Source of the DNA: Hyphomicrobiales bacterium
Lineage (GTDB): Bacteria; Pseudomonadota; Alphaproteobacteria; Rhizobiales; JACESI01
NCBI GenBank assembly: GCA_039989895.1
Contig: JBDXGY010000006.1
Location: 938,245 to 1,002,244 of the forward strand
Reading direction: 5' to 3'
DNA: 64,000 nucleotides
The translations under genes and the position numbers were made by a program. Within the stretch, counting starts at the first letter, position 1. Each line of letters opens with the position of its first letter. The notes below the pieces were generated by a model. The model made no database searches, was not told the DNA's origin, and saw only the letters and a list, made by a program, of their open reading frames with translations. Below are positions 1 to 10,205 of this stretch, in pieces.

Positions 1-555
1 CCATCCGCCAACACTGAGATACCCAAGCGCCCCATCAAGGCTGACACCATATGGCTCTCTCTTGCCCGGCAACAACCGCAGAACGCCAAAATAAAAGATG
101 AAAATCCACAGCAATAGCGGAATATTACGCATGGCTTCCACGTAACAATAGGCAGCTTTCGAGATGATCCAGTTTTTGGAAAGACGCGCCACCCCAATAG
201 AAAACCCTATCAGTGTCGCGAAGAAAATACCGAGTATTGCAACCAGCAGCGTATTTAATAGACCAACGAGATAGACCCGCCAGAAAGAAGATTCACGGCT
301 ATATTCAACCAGTGACTGATTGACATCAAAACCCGACGCATTTTGCATAAAACCAAAACCGAAGGTTTTACCCTGCGCCGACAGATTTGTGGCCGTATTA
401 GAGATCAACGACCAGACAGCATAAACCAATATCGCAATGAGGATTGCTTGTATAACCGAGCTTCGAACTTTTGGGTCATTAAAAAATGCGGTTTTTTGTG
501 TGCCAGTATTTGCAACTTCACCACTCACGCCCCCACCGCCTTTATCCACAGCCAT
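1..555 (-). CDS. aapQ: General L-amino-acid ABC transporter permease, N-terminal 185 codons (gene runs off the window start)
   Basis: Absent from the ORF track because it is truncated. The reverse frame is open from the ATG at 555-553 to position 1: 'MAVDKGGGGVSGEV...AMRNIPLLLWIFIFYFGVL...'. It is hydrophobic and multi-TM. It lies directly downstream of the aapJ-like binding-protein gene, as in aapJQMP/bztABCD operons. Confidence 0.8.
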   Translation of the reverse strand, partial: MAVDKGGGGVSGEVANTGTQKTAFFNDPKVRSSVIQAILIAILVYAVWSLISNTATNLSAQGKTFGFGFMQNASGFDVNQSLVEYSRESSFWRVYLVGLLNTLLVAILGIFFATLIGFSIGVARLSKNWIISKAAYCYVEAMRNIPLLLWIFIFYFGVLRLLPGKREPYGVSLDGALGYLSVGGW

Positions 556-689
556 ACTCGTAAAAACCCTTCGATGTAATAATTCTTTAGCTGAGAACAA
601 CGCCCCTCAAGGGGTAAATAATCGTCTCATAATTATAATTCAGTCGGCTCTAAGCATAAAGCTTAAAGCCGACCGAAGTTTTTAACTAC

Positions 690-1715
690 CTAGCGAATAG
701 GTGGTGCATATTGGATGCCACCCTTTGACCATAGCGCATTTACGCCACGGGCAATGCCAAGTGAAGTTTTTGGACCAACATGGGTTTCAAATGATTCACC
801 GTAGTTGCCTACTTTGCTGATGATATTTGCAGCCCAATCGTTACCAATACCCAAGCCTTCACCAAAAGTACCTTCAACGCCGAGTAGACGCTTAATGGCA
901 GGATTGTCAGAAGACTTCATATCAGCAACATTTTTGGAAGAAACACCAAGCTCTTCAGCATTAATCATCGCAAACACTGTCCAACGAACAATGTTGAACC
1001 ACTGATCATCACCCTGACGGACAACAGGACCGAGTGGCTCTTTTGAAATGATTTCTGGAAGAACAACGTGTGCACTTGGATCATTCAATTTAAGACGCTG
1101 AGCATAAAGAGCAGAAGCATCTGTTGTGTAAACATCACAACGTTTTGAATCATAAGCTGCAACAACTTCATCAGCTTTTTCAAATGCTACCAACTCATAT
1201 TCCATTTTATTGGATGTAAAGTAATCGGTTACATTCAGCTCTGTCGTTGTACCTGTGTTGGTACAGACTGATGCGCCGTTAAGCTCAAGAGCAGAATTAA
1301 TGCCCAAGTCTTTACGAACCAAGAAGCCTTGACCATCGTAGTAGTTCACGCCAGCAAAATTCAAACCAAGCTGTGTGTCGCGTGTTGCAGTCCATGTGGT
1401 GTTCCGTGATAGAACGTCAATTTCACCAGATGAGAGAGCCGTGAAGCGCTCTTTGGCTGACAACGGTGTGTATTTTACTTTGGTGTCATCACCGAAGATT
1501 GCTGCGGCGACGCCACGACATACATCAACGTCCATGCCTGACCATGACCCGTCTGAACTAGGATTTGAAAACCCTGGCAGACCTTGGCTCACGCCGCACT
1601 GGACGAAGCCTTTAGCCACGACACGATCAAGTGTTTTAGCATCTTGTGCAGAAGCACTGTAGCTCGTAGCTGCCATCGCAACACCAAATACAGCAGATAG
1701 AAGTTTAATTTTCAT
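690..1715 (-). CDS. aapJ: Amino-acid ABC transporter periplasmic substrate-binding protein (AapJ/BztA type)
   Basis: 341-aa ORF with the signal peptide 'MKIKLLSAVFGVAMAATSYSASA'. Length and sequence are typical of general L-amino-acid binding proteins. A permease gene follows on the same strand. Confidence 0.85.
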   Translation of the reverse strand: MKIKLLSAVFGVAMAATSYSASAQDAKTLDRVVAKGFVQCGVSQGLPGFSNPSSDGSWSGMDVDVCRGVAAAIFGDDTKVKYTPLSAKERFTALSSGEIDVLSRNTTWTATRDTQLGLNFAGVNYYDGQGFLVRKDLGINSALELNGASVCTNTGTTTELNVTDYFTSNKMEYELVAFEKADEVVAAYDSKRCDVYTTDASALYAQRLKLNDPSAHVVLPEIISKEPLGPVVRQGDDQWFNIVRWTVFAMINAEELGVSSKNVADMKSSDNPAIKRLLGVEGTFGEGLGIGNDWAANIISKVGNYGESFETHVGPKTSLGIARGVNALWSKGGIQYAPPIR

Positions 1716-1976
1716 TGTTTAGCGGCCTTTTCTCTAACAAACCACAGGCCAATAACCATGACAACACTTGAAACGTGTTATTATATGCTGGCCTGTATCC
1801 CAGCTTCCGACACCCTTCCTAAAGTAGGCCGAAAACGATCTAACGTCCCTATCGAAAAACATTAGTGACCATTGGTCAAGTTAATTCGCATTAAATGTAA
1901 TACTACTCATTGATTAGGCAGATTGTTTTGTTAGATTGCATTGGAATTAATCAAAATCATATAGAATCCATCACTA

Positions 1977-3161
1977 ATGACAAAAAATACAAAAACCCCA
2001 AATACATACCGTAGCGAAACGCAATTGGTGCTTGCCGGACGCTCAGCAGAGCTTACCGGCCAGTTTGTATCGCCTCCCGTTGTGCGCGCTTCAACCGTGC
2101 TGTTTGAAAATACGGCGCAATTATGCGGTAAAGAAGAGGCCAAATATACTTATGGCCTCACCAGCACACCAACCATTGAAGCACTAGTGAATGCGATAAA
2201 CGATTTAGAAGATTCTCATGGCACCGTCATCGTGCCATCTGGCCTTGCAGCTTGTACAATTGCAATCATGGCCGCGGTTAGCGCGGGCGATCAAATTTTA
2301 ATGCCGGATAACGTATATGGCCCAACACGGCGGTTTTGCGATAGCACACTCATCAAGTTTGGCGTTGATGTCACCTATTATGACCCCCTCATCGGAAAAG
2401 ATATTTCAAGCCTGTTTAAAGATAACATCAAAGCAATTTTCATGGAGCCTCCCGGTTCGCACACTTTTGAAATGCCGGACGTCGAAGCCTTTGTCGCAGC
2501 CGCTAAAGCTGTCGGTGCCACAACCCTCATTGACAACACATGGGCATCGCCGCTGTTCTTTAAACCTGTTCCCTTTGGCATCGACTATTCCATACAAGCA
2601 GCGACTAAATATTTAGCAGGCCATTCAGACGCTCTAATTGGTTCCATATCCACAAACGAAAAACATTGGAACGACATGCGCATCACACATCAAAACATTG
2701 GTGTGCAAGGTGGCACAGAAGAGATGTATCTGACATTACGCGGCATGCGCACGATGGCATTGCGTATGGATCGACAAGAAGAAAATGCGCTCAAAATTGC
2801 ACGTTGGTTACAGCAACAACCCGAAGTCGCACGTGTCCTGCACCCCGCCCTTCCCGAGGATCCAGGTCATAAAATCTGGAAAAGTCTTATTGGTCGCTCA
2901 TCTGGCTTATTTGGATTTGTTTTGAAAGACCTCAGCGCAGAAGCCGCGAGTGCCATGCTAGATGGATTTGAACTCTTTGGGCTTGGTTACTCATGGGGAG
3001 GATTTGAAAGCCTCGCCGTTTTAAGTCAGCTCACAAAAATTCGCACAGCAACCAAATGGAATGAAGGCCCAACTATTAGGCTATCAATCGGGCTTGAACA
3101 TCCTGATGACCTAATGAAAGATTTGCGCGATGGTCTAGATCGGGCAAAAGCAGTAGGTTGA
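1977..3161 (+). CDS. metC: Cystathionine beta-lyase (Cys/Met-metabolism PLP enzyme)
   Basis: 394 aa. The PLP-lysine signature 'SIQAATKYLAGHSD' is present. It is divergent from aapJ, as in rhizobia. Confidence 0.85.
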   Translation: MTKNTKTPNTYRSETQLVLAGRSAELTGQFVSPPVVRASTVLFENTAQLCGKEEAKYTYGLTSTPTIEALVNAINDLEDSHGTVIVPSGLAACTIAIMAAVSAGDQILMPDNVYGPTRRFCDSTLIKFGVDVTYYDPLIGKDISSLFKDNIKAIFMEPPGSHTFEMPDVEAFVAAAKAVGATTLIDNTWASPLFFKPVPFGIDYSIQAATKYLAGHSDALIGSISTNEKHWNDMRITHQNIGVQGGTEEMYLTLRGMRTMALRMDRQEENALKIARWLQQQPEVARVLHPALPEDPGHKIWKSLIGRSSGLFGFVLKDLSAEAASAMLDGFELFGLGYSWGGFESLAVLSQLTKIRTATKWNEGPTIRLSIGLEHPDDLMKDLRDGLDRAKAVG

Positions 3162-3213
3162 ACAAGGCACAGCCCCCCGTCAACCAAACATGAATCTACA
3201 ACATCGCGAAAAT

Positions 3214-3891
3214 TCATCCACTAAGAGCGCCTGCTAGCTCATTCAGCCCTGTCATAATGATACGAGGTGCACCAGATAGTTTCTCTGCCGGTGCTCCATA
3301 ACGATTAAGACGTGCGACCTGATAGCCGAAATGCGCGCCGCCATGACTATCCCATGCATTATTGGAGATAAAACAAACCTCATCCGCTTTGATGCCAAAA
3401 TGGTCAAGCGTCATTTGATAAACACGAGGATCTGGTTTGTTAACGCCAACACGATCAACCGACAAAACCGCGTCTAATTTTCCCTTGAGCCCTGCAGATT
3501 TCACAGCAGCACTCAACATATCCGGCGAGCCATTAGACAAAATAGCCGTCTTTAAACCTTTTAAACGCAAAGCATCAAGACAAGGAGCAACATCATCATA
3601 GGCATCTAAAGTGTAATAAGCATCCATAAGCTTTTTATGTAACTCAGGGTCCTCGACACCATTAGCCTCAAGAGCATAGGTCAATGCATCCGAAGTCACT
3701 TCGGAAAATGGAGCAAAATCCCTCATCAAACTGCGAAGCCAAGTATATTGTAGCTGTTTATCGCGCCACATGGTTGAAACCGGTTGTGCTTTATCGCCGA
3801 GGTTTTCTGCTAGTTTGCTTACTGGTGAATGCACATCGAACATTGTGCCATAAGCATCGAAAACACAGGCCTTTATGCCATTAATACTCAC
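3214..3891 (-). CDS. Haloacid dehalogenase type II (HAD superfamily)
   Basis: 225 aa. N-terminal HAD motif I 'VFDAYGTMFDV'. Late motifs 'SNG' and 'ISNNAWD' are typical of L-2-haloacid dehalogenases. Confidence 0.8.
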   Translation of the reverse strand: MSINGIKACVFDAYGTMFDVHSPVSKLAENLGDKAQPVSTMWRDKQLQYTWLRSLMRDFAPFSEVTSDALTYALEANGVEDPELHKKLMDAYYTLDAYDDVAPCLDALRLKGLKTAILSNGSPDMLSAAVKSAGLKGKLDAVLSVDRVGVNKPDPRVYQMTLDHFGIKADEVCFISNNAWDSHGGAHFGYQVARLNRYGAPAEKLSGAPRIIMTGLNELAGALSG

Positions 3892-4174
3892 TACAAAAAC
3901 CTCTCAAATTTTCATCAACTCCCGTAGCAAACACAGTTGACCCAAAGTGACAACGATAAACTTTATCCAAAATAGTATTTTTGGTTGTGTTTTCATTGAC
4001 AACTACCTTAATAGTTGCAATTAAAGTACAAAGACAACAGTAATTACACTTAAGTAAACACACTTAGCTGCTGTTAATTCAGCACGATTTGTCCGTTAAC
4101 TACCCCGCTAAGTATAATATGTGTGCTTAACTAATATACTGGTGTAGCAAAGTAAGATCGAGTATGATGATCAA

Positions 4175-4504
4175 ATGAAGTCTATATTTTTATCTCTTCT
4201 AGTTATTCTAGCTTTCGGAACGCAGATCGTTTCGGTTGCAACTAGTGCTGTACCCAAGGGTTATACATCAATCAATGTAATCGCAGAGCATAGCACCAGA
4301 TTATCTGCTGAAACAGACACAGTCTGTTGTGATGAAAAGGTCGACAAAAAACCGATCACATCTAGCTGCACGAGTGATTGCAAGTTTTTTTCGGTTATGT
4401 TCTCGTTTGATTTCCCAAAAATCAATGCAGTACATGCACAATCAGATAAATACTTGATCACTGAAATGCCAACTCAACATCATTTGAGACCTCCAATTTC
4501 CTAA
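4175..4504 (+). CDS. Hypothetical small secreted Cys-containing protein
   Basis: 109-aa ORF with an N-terminal signal-like helix 'MKSIFLSLLVILAFGTQIVSVA', 5 Cys including 'CC', and the C-terminal tail 'QHHLRPPIS'. By eye it is AT-richer than its neighbours. I recognised no family with confidence. Confidence 0.4.
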   Translation: MKSIFLSLLVILAFGTQIVSVATSAVPKGYTSINVIAEHSTRLSAETDTVCCDEKVDKKPITSSCTSDCKFFSVMFSFDFPKINAVHAQSDKYLITEMPTQHHLRPPIS

Positions 4505-4570
4505 TTTGACATTAGCAACCGCACAGCAAGAAAACTGTGCATGACCTCAGTTAAATTGGAGTAATTCATC

Positions 4571-5149
4571 ATGTTTAATAGAAGAAACTTACTACTTGGC
4601 GGATTCGCAGCGCTTTTTGCAGCGCCAGCCATAGAAGCAGACGCCCACCATACAGGCAGAAAGAGACGCAAGTTCTCGCTCAACCCAATCTATAAACCAC
4701 AACGCGTTCGTTATAGAAGCAGGTACAAACGCGGGACTGTCGTTGTCGATCCTAGAAACCACTTCTTATACCTAATCGAAGGATCAGGGCGTGCGCGTCG
4801 TTATGGTGTTGGCGTAGGCAAAGCTGGTCTTGCATTCCAAGGCAGCGCCACTATTTCTCGCAAGGCAAAATGGCCACGCTGGACACCAACACAAAATATG
4901 ATCCGTCGCGAACCGCAAAAATACAAACGATTCGCTAAAGGCGTTCCTGGTGGTCCTGGTAATCCGTTGGGTGCACGTGCTCTCTATCTCTTCCGTGGTG
5001 GGCGCGATACGTTTTATCGTATTCATGGTACAACACAGCCCTCTTCAATTGGTCGCTCTGTTTCAAATGGTTGCATCCGCATGATTAACGAACATGTGAT
5101 TGACCTTTATAACAGAGTCCCTATCGGCGCGCGCGTTGTCGTACTATGA
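4571..5149 (+). CDS. L,D-transpeptidase (YkuD domain), exported
   Basis: 192 aa. Tat-like N-terminus 'MFNRRNLLLGGFAALFAAPAIEA'. Catalytic motif 'RIHGTTQPSSIGRSVSNGCIRM'. Confidence 0.85.
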   Translation: MFNRRNLLLGGFAALFAAPAIEADAHHTGRKRRKFSLNPIYKPQRVRYRSRYKRGTVVVDPRNHFLYLIEGSGRARRYGVGVGKAGLAFQGSATISRKAKWPRWTPTQNMIRREPQKYKRFAKGVPGGPGNPLGARALYLFRGGRDTFYRIHGTTQPSSIGRSVSNGCIRMINEHVIDLYNRVPIGARVVVL

Positions 5150-5178
5150 TGATTCATCAATTTTTAAGGTAGATAATT

Positions 5179-5868
5179 ATGAATAAATCCTTAGTAAGCC
5201 GCAGGCAACTTACATTGGGCGCGATAAGTTTGACGGGACTAATAGCTTCTGGTTGTACAACAACCGGACCGACAGCATCATTAGACCCTACAAAATCGAA
5301 AACTTTAAAAGGCACGTCAAAGTCGTTTGCGCTCAACTATGCAGCTTTACCCAATGAGAAATTTCCGATACCGGCAGTTTCTGCAAATTCTCTACCGCCA
5401 AAGTTCAGACGTAAAAGAGTTAATTACAAGACCAAAGAACGTGTCGGAACACTCGTCGTTGATACCAAAAACTTCTACCTCTATCATGTAGAACCAAATG
5501 GTAAGGCAACACGCTATGGCGTTGGTCTTGGCCGTGCCGGATTTGAATGGTCCGGTCGCGCCCGCGTTGCTTGGAAACGAGCATGGCCGACATGGACACC
5601 ACCTGAAGAAATGATCCAGCGTGAACCTGAGCTGAGAAAATGGAGCGCGAAAAATGGTGGAATGCCCCCCGGCATAAAAAACCCATTAGGCTCTCGTGCA
5701 CTTTATATCTTCCAGGGCAATGTTGACACGCTTTATCGGTTACACGGAACACCCAACCCGAAAACTATTGGCAAAGCCGTTTCAAGCGGCTGTGTGCGAT
5801 TGGTCAATCAGGACGTGATCCATTTGTTCAACAATGTGAAAAACGGCTCAAAAATCGTTGTCACATAG
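5179..5868 (+). CDS. L,D-transpeptidase (YkuD domain), lipoprotein
   Basis: 229 aa. Lipobox 'LIASGC'. Catalytic motif 'RLHGTPNPKTIGKAVSSGCVRL'. It is a paralogue of the preceding gene. Confidence 0.85.
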   Translation: MNKSLVSRRQLTLGAISLTGLIASGCTTTGPTASLDPTKSKTLKGTSKSFALNYAALPNEKFPIPAVSANSLPPKFRRKRVNYKTKERVGTLVVDTKNFYLYHVEPNGKATRYGVGLGRAGFEWSGRARVAWKRAWPTWTPPEEMIQREPELRKWSAKNGGMPPGIKNPLGSRALYIFQGNVDTLYRLHGTPNPKTIGKAVSSGCVRLVNQDVIHLFNNVKNGSKIVVT

Positions 5869-5874
5869 ACAAAC

Positions 5875-5906
5875 AAAACCCCGGATCAAAAATCCGGGGT
5901 TTTTTA
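5875..5906. terminator. Rho-independent, probably bidirectional terminator between convergent genes
   Basis: 'aaaaCCCCGGAtcaaaaaTCCGGGGttttttat': a 7-bp GC stem, a 7-nt loop, an A-run 5' and a T-run 3'. Confidence 0.7.
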
Positions 5907-5978
5907 TTCTCAAAATTCTCCCGAAAATGCTGAGTTAAGAGGCTTTGTAAAATCCACAACCTGAAGTCCGTGAAAGCC

Positions 5979-7142
5979 TCAACGAAGGCGCTCTAAAATG
6001 CTTACGTAATTGGCAACAGACGACCCGCCCATATTAAAAACACCAGCCAATTTAGCACCTTCTATTTGCATATCGCCAGCGTCCTCCATCAATTGCATGC
6101 AGGAAATCGCATGCATGGACACACCGGTAGCCCCGACAGGATGGCCTTTAGACTTCAATCCCCCAGACGGATTGACCGGCAACTTGCCGCTCTTATAGAC
6201 AATACCTTCCTCAATCACGCGATGCCCCTGCCCTTTTTCTGCCAGACCCATCGCTTCATATTCCATCAGTTCTGCAATGGTAAAACAGTCGTGTGTTTCG
6301 ACAAAACTAAGATCATCAAGGGTTAAGTTAGATTGATCAAATGCCTTGCGCCATGCATTACCTGCACCCGCAAGTTCAGATTTATCACGTTTAGACAGAG
6401 GCAAAAAATCATTCACATGACTTGCCGCACGAAAGCCGATGGCTCGCGGTGCTGACCACGCACGGTCCATATTAGTAAGCACCATGGCAGCAGCCCCATC
6501 AGAAATTAACGAGCAATCCGTACGGCGCAACGGACCGGCGACCAGCGGGTTTTGATCAGATACCGTATTACAAAACTCAAAGCCCAAATCTTTGCGCATC
6601 TGGGCATAAGGGTTGTCCACGCCATTCGCATGGTTTTTGGCCGCAATCTTAGCAAGACTTGCTGATTGATCGCCATATTTTTGAAAATAAGCCTGCGTCA
6701 GATGACCAAACACACCTGCAAAACCACCTTCAATCGAAGCTTCTTGCTTGTGATAGGAGGCACGCAACAAGAGGTCTCCCGCCACACGTGTTGGTACGCC
6801 CGTCATCTTTTCAACAGCAACAACCAGCACCACTTGTGCCTTACCCGCATCAATTGCATTGATACCCTGATGAATGGCTGCAGAACCCGTCGCACAGGCA
6901 TTTTCTACCCGTGTTGCAGGTGTATAGCGAAGCGCATCATCTGCGAGCGACACAAGGGCCGCTGCAAAGTCCTGATCAGTAAAACCACCATTGAAGTTAC
7001 CAAGGTAAATGGCATCAATCTCTGAAGGATCAACTTGCGCATGTTTCATAGCATCAACTGAAGCAGTTATAATGAGGCTTTCCAGCGTTTCGTCTTCAAG
7101 TTTTCCAAACTTTGTATGTGACCAACCCGTGATAACTGCCAT
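5979..7142 (-). CDS. Thiolase-family protein (SCP-x / lipid-transfer-type acetyl-CoA acetyltransferase-like)
   Basis: ORF 5979-7160. I prefer the internal start 'MAVITGWSH' at 7142, which is preceded by 'GGAGAGAG'. The C-terminal motif 'NPSGGLKSKGHPVGATG' is typical of this thiolase subgroup. Confidence 0.8.
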   Translation of the reverse strand: MAVITGWSHTKFGKLEDETLESLIITASVDAMKHAQVDPSEIDAIYLGNFNGGFTDQDFAAALVSLADDALRYTPATRVENACATGSAAIHQGINAIDAGKAQVVLVVAVEKMTGVPTRVAGDLLLRASYHKQEASIEGGFAGVFGHLTQAYFQKYGDQSASLAKIAAKNHANGVDNPYAQMRKDLGFEFCNTVSDQNPLVAGPLRRTDCSLISDGAAAMVLTNMDRAWSAPRAIGFRAASHVNDFLPLSKRDKSELAGAGNAWRKAFDQSNLTLDDLSFVETHDCFTIAELMEYEAMGLAEKGQGHRVIEEGIVYKSGKLPVNPSGGLKSKGHPVGATGVSMHAISCMQLMEDAGDMQIEGAKLAGVFNMGGSSVANYVSILERLR

Positions 7143-7178
7143 AGTCTCTCTCCAACGCATTCTTTTATAAGCTTATAA

Positions 7179-7973
7179 TCAAACCTGCCGCATGCGCCGT
7201 AAAGCAGCGTTTTTCTGCCAAAGTTCTTTTCTATCTATATCCTGCATTGTGCTTTCAATATAAATCATATGATCTTTTGCAGCTGCACTGGCCGCTGCCG
7301 CATCATGGGCAACAATAGCATCAAAAATAACGCGGTGCTGTTCAAACAATTCATCCCGCGCGCCTGCAAAATCATAAATCCGCTCACGGTTTAAAAGCAC
7401 ATTTTCTGACAAGAGCTGATAGCATGAGCGTAAAGAGTGAATGAGGATAATATTGTGAGCGCAATCAGCGATGGTGATATGAAATTCAAGATCTAAACGT
7501 GCTTCCGCTTCCACATCTTTTTGCGCGTGGGCTGTTTCCATCCGCGAGAATACATCCTTTAAAATGAGAATATCATCCTCACTCGCACGAAGCGCTGCAA
7601 GAGACGCGGCCCATGCCTCTAGCTCGCGACGAAATTCCACATAATCCACGCGCGTGCGCGGATAGTCCCGCATCAAGCCTTCGATCGGCGGTGAAAACAA
7701 GGAGCCAATGACATCGGCGACCACCGTACCCTGCCCATGCCGGGTTTCAAGAATGCCTTTTGCTTCCAAAATTTTGAGTGCATCACGTAGAATCGGCCGC
7801 GAAACATTCATCTCAAGAGCTAGATCGCGTTCACCGGGTAACTTGTCGCCATTGCGCAAGACCCCTTCAAGTACAAGCACCTCGATGCGATGAACAACCT
7901 GTTGGGCTGCCCTATCGGGTGTTACTTTACCAAAGATCTGCTCTTCACTCATAAGCGCAAGCTTACTCGCCAC
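7179..7973 (-). CDS. GntR-family transcriptional regulator (FadR/FCD subfamily)
   Basis: 264 aa. wHTH region 'LPGERDLALEMNVSRPILRDALKILEAKGIL' followed by an FCD-like helical C-terminal domain. Confidence 0.85.
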   Translation of the reverse strand: MASKLALMSEEQIFGKVTPDRAAQQVVHRIEVLVLEGVLRNGDKLPGERDLALEMNVSRPILRDALKILEAKGILETRHGQGTVVADVIGSLFSPPIEGLMRDYPRTRVDYVEFRRELEAWAASLAALRASEDDILILKDVFSRMETAHAQKDVEAEARLDLEFHITIADCAHNIILIHSLRSCYQLLSENVLLNRERIYDFAGARDELFEQHRVIFDAIVAHDAAAASAAAKDHMIYIESTMQDIDRKELWQKNAALRRMRQV

Positions 7974-8012
7974 CCCATAGAATGGTCAATATTTTTTACC
8001 AACCAGACAAAG

Positions 8013-8042
8013 AAAAACCCGGCATCAAAAATGCCGGGTTTT
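8013..8042 (-). terminator. Rho-independent terminator downstream of hppA
   Basis: 'aaaaaCCCGGCATcaaaaATGCCGGGtttt': an 8-bp stem. On the minus strand it is followed by a T-run, 22 nt after the hppA stop. Confidence 0.7.
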
Positions 8043-8063
8043 ATAGCCGTTATGATTTTTACT

Positions 8064-10205
8064 TTAGTGCGACAAAACCGCAAGAAGCAAAAGCGCTACG
8101 ATGTTTGTGATCTTAATCATCGGATTAACCGCTGGCCCAGCCGTATCTTTATACGGGTCACCAACAGTGTCACCAGTGACTGACGCTTTATGCGCATCAC
8201 CGCCCTTTTCGTGCTTCACGCCATCTTTGTCGACGAAACCGTCTTCGAAAGATTTCTTCGCATTATCCCATGCGCCGCCACCGGCAGTCATAGAAACAGC
8301 AACATAGAAACCTGTGATGATCACACCCAGAAGCATCGCACCCAAAGCCGCAAAGGCATCAGATGGCGTTGCAATAGCGCGAACAAGGAAGAACACAAGC
8401 AGCGGCGAGAGAACCGGCAACAATGACGGAACAATCATCTCACGGATCGCAGCTTTCGTCAGCATATCAACAGCACGGGCATAATTTGGCTTAGAAGTCC
8501 CCTTCATAATGCCCGGGTCTGCTTTAAACTGACGGCGAACTTCTTCAACCACAGAACCAGCAGCGCGGCCCACAGCTGTCATAGACATACCCCCGAAGAG
8601 ATATGGCAATAGACCACCAAACAACAATCCAGCAACCACATAAGGGTTAGATAGATTGAACAAGGTGTCTGCCTGAATACCGTGGAACACAGAACCTTCT
8701 GCAGCATTGAGTGCAAAGAACTTCAAGTCTTCCGTATAGGCTGCAAAGAGCACCAAAGCACCAAGACCAGCAGAACCGATCGCATAGCCTTTGGTAACCG
8801 CTTTAGTGGTGTTACCGACAGCATCAAGCGCATCCGTTGTTGAACGCACTTCCTCAGGAAGATTTGCCATCTCCGCAATACCGCCCGCATTATCGGTCAC
8901 AGGACCAAATGCATCGAGCGCCACAACGAAACCAGCCAAAGCCAACATGGCTGTCACTGTAATCGCAATGCCGAAGAGACCTGCAAGGCTGTAGGTAATC
9001 AAAATACCAGCAATGATTATGATCGCTGGCAAAGCACAGGCTTCCATTGATACGGCAAGACCTTGAATGACGTTCGTGCCGTGGCCTGTCACTGATGATT
9101 GCGCGATAGAACGCACAGGACGGTATTCAACGCCTGTGTAATATTCTGTCACCCAGATGATAAGACCGGTAATGATAAGACCTACCAGCATACACCAATA
9201 AAGATCAGCACCAGAGAAGCTTGTTCCCGTCGATGTGGTGAACTCCGTGTCACCGCCAACAAAGCCGAACATAACGCCCGCCAAAGCCACAGCAGAGAGC
9301 ACAGCACAAGCAAGAAAGCCTTTATAGAGTGCACCCATGATGGAGTTATTAGAGCCAAGTTTCACAAAGAACGTACCGATGATGGATGTGATCACACAAA
9401 CACCGCCAACCACGAGTGGTAAAAGCATCAAAAGGTTTGCCACTTCACCAGCAAAGAAGATGGATGCCAGAACCATGGTGGCAACAACAGTCACCGCATA
9501 GGTTTCAAACAAATCAGCCGCCATGCCAGCACAATCGCCAACATTATCACCCACATTATCAGCAATTGTTGCTGGATTACGTGGATCATCTTCAGGAATG
9601 CCTGCTTCAACCTTACCAACAAGGTCACCACCAACATCAGCACCTTTTGTAAAGATACCACCGCCGAGCCGTGCAAAGATTGAGATAAGTGAAGCGCCAA
9701 AACCAAGTGACACTAGACCATCAATGACGGTACGACTGGTATTCACTTCGCCCATAATATCGGTCAAGACCCAATAATAAACAGTCACGCCCAAAAGCGC
9801 GAGACCAGCAACGAGCATTCCTGTGACAGCACCAGACTTAAACGCAATGTCCAAACCTGCCGCAAGGCTGTTTGATGCGGCTTGTGCGGTACGCACATTG
9901 GCGCGCACAGATACAAGCATGCCAATAAAGCCCGCAACACCTGATAAAACCGCACCAATGGCAAAGCCAACGGCTGCAACCACACCCAGCAAATACCAAG
10001 CTAAGACTAAGACGACAGCACCAACGATCGCGATTGTTAGATATTGCCGCGAAAGATAAGCCTGCGCCCCTTCTTGAATGGCCGCCGCAATTTCTTGCAT
10101 ACGCGCATTACCCGCGTCAGCAGCCATAACTGATTTTGTCGCCCATGCGCCATAAATCACGGATAACAATCCGGCTCCTATGACGAGATATAAAGCAAGT
10201 TCCAT
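8064..10205 (-). CDS. hppA: Membrane-bound H+-translocating pyrophosphatase, K+-independent type
   Basis: Motifs '[55 protein letters not shown]' and '[16 protein letters not shown]' (Lys in GNTTKA marks the K+-independent class). I chose the start at 10205 ('[12 protein letters not shown]', SD 'GGAGGGA' upstream) rather than the ORF-track 10259. Confidence 0.95.
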   Translation of the reverse strand: MELALYLVIGAGLLSVIYGAWATKSVMAADAGNARMQEIAAAIQEGAQAYLSRQYLTIAIVGAVVLVLAWYLLGVVAAVGFAIGAVLSGVAGFIGMLVSVRANVRTAQAASNSLAAGLDIAFKSGAVTGMLVAGLALLGVTVYYWVLTDIMGEVNTSRTVIDGLVSLGFGASLISIFARLGGGIFTKGADVGGDLVGKVEAGIPEDDPRNPATIADNVGDNVGDCAGMAADLFETYAVTVVATMVLASIFFAGEVANLLMLLPLVVGGVCVITSIIGTFFVKLGSNNSIMGALYKGFLACAVLSAVALAGVMFGFVGGDTEFTTSTGTSFSGADLYWCMLVGLIITGLIIWVTEYYTGVEYRPVRSIAQSSVTGHGTNVIQGLAVSMEACALPAIIIIAGILITYSLAGLFGIAITVTAMLALAGFVVALDAFGPVTDNAGGIAEMANLPEEVRSTTDALDAVGNTTKAVTKGYAIGSAGLGALVLFAAYTEDLKFFALNAAEGSVFHGIQADTLFNLSNPYVVAGLLFGGLLPYLFGGMSMTAVGRAAGSVVEEVRRQFKADPGIMKGTSKPNYARAVDMLTKAAIREMIVPSLLPVLSPLLVFFLVRAIATPSDAFAALGAMLLGVIITGFYVAVSMTAGGGAWDNAKKSFEDGFVDKDGVKHEKGGDAHKASVTGDTVGDPYKDTAGPAVNPMIKITNIVALLLLAVLSH

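Noticed and set aside
1716..1976. Possible SAM-II riboswitch upstream of metC
   Set aside because: No recognisable SAM-II pseudoknot core was seen on the plus strand. The region is a divergent promoter shared with aapJ.
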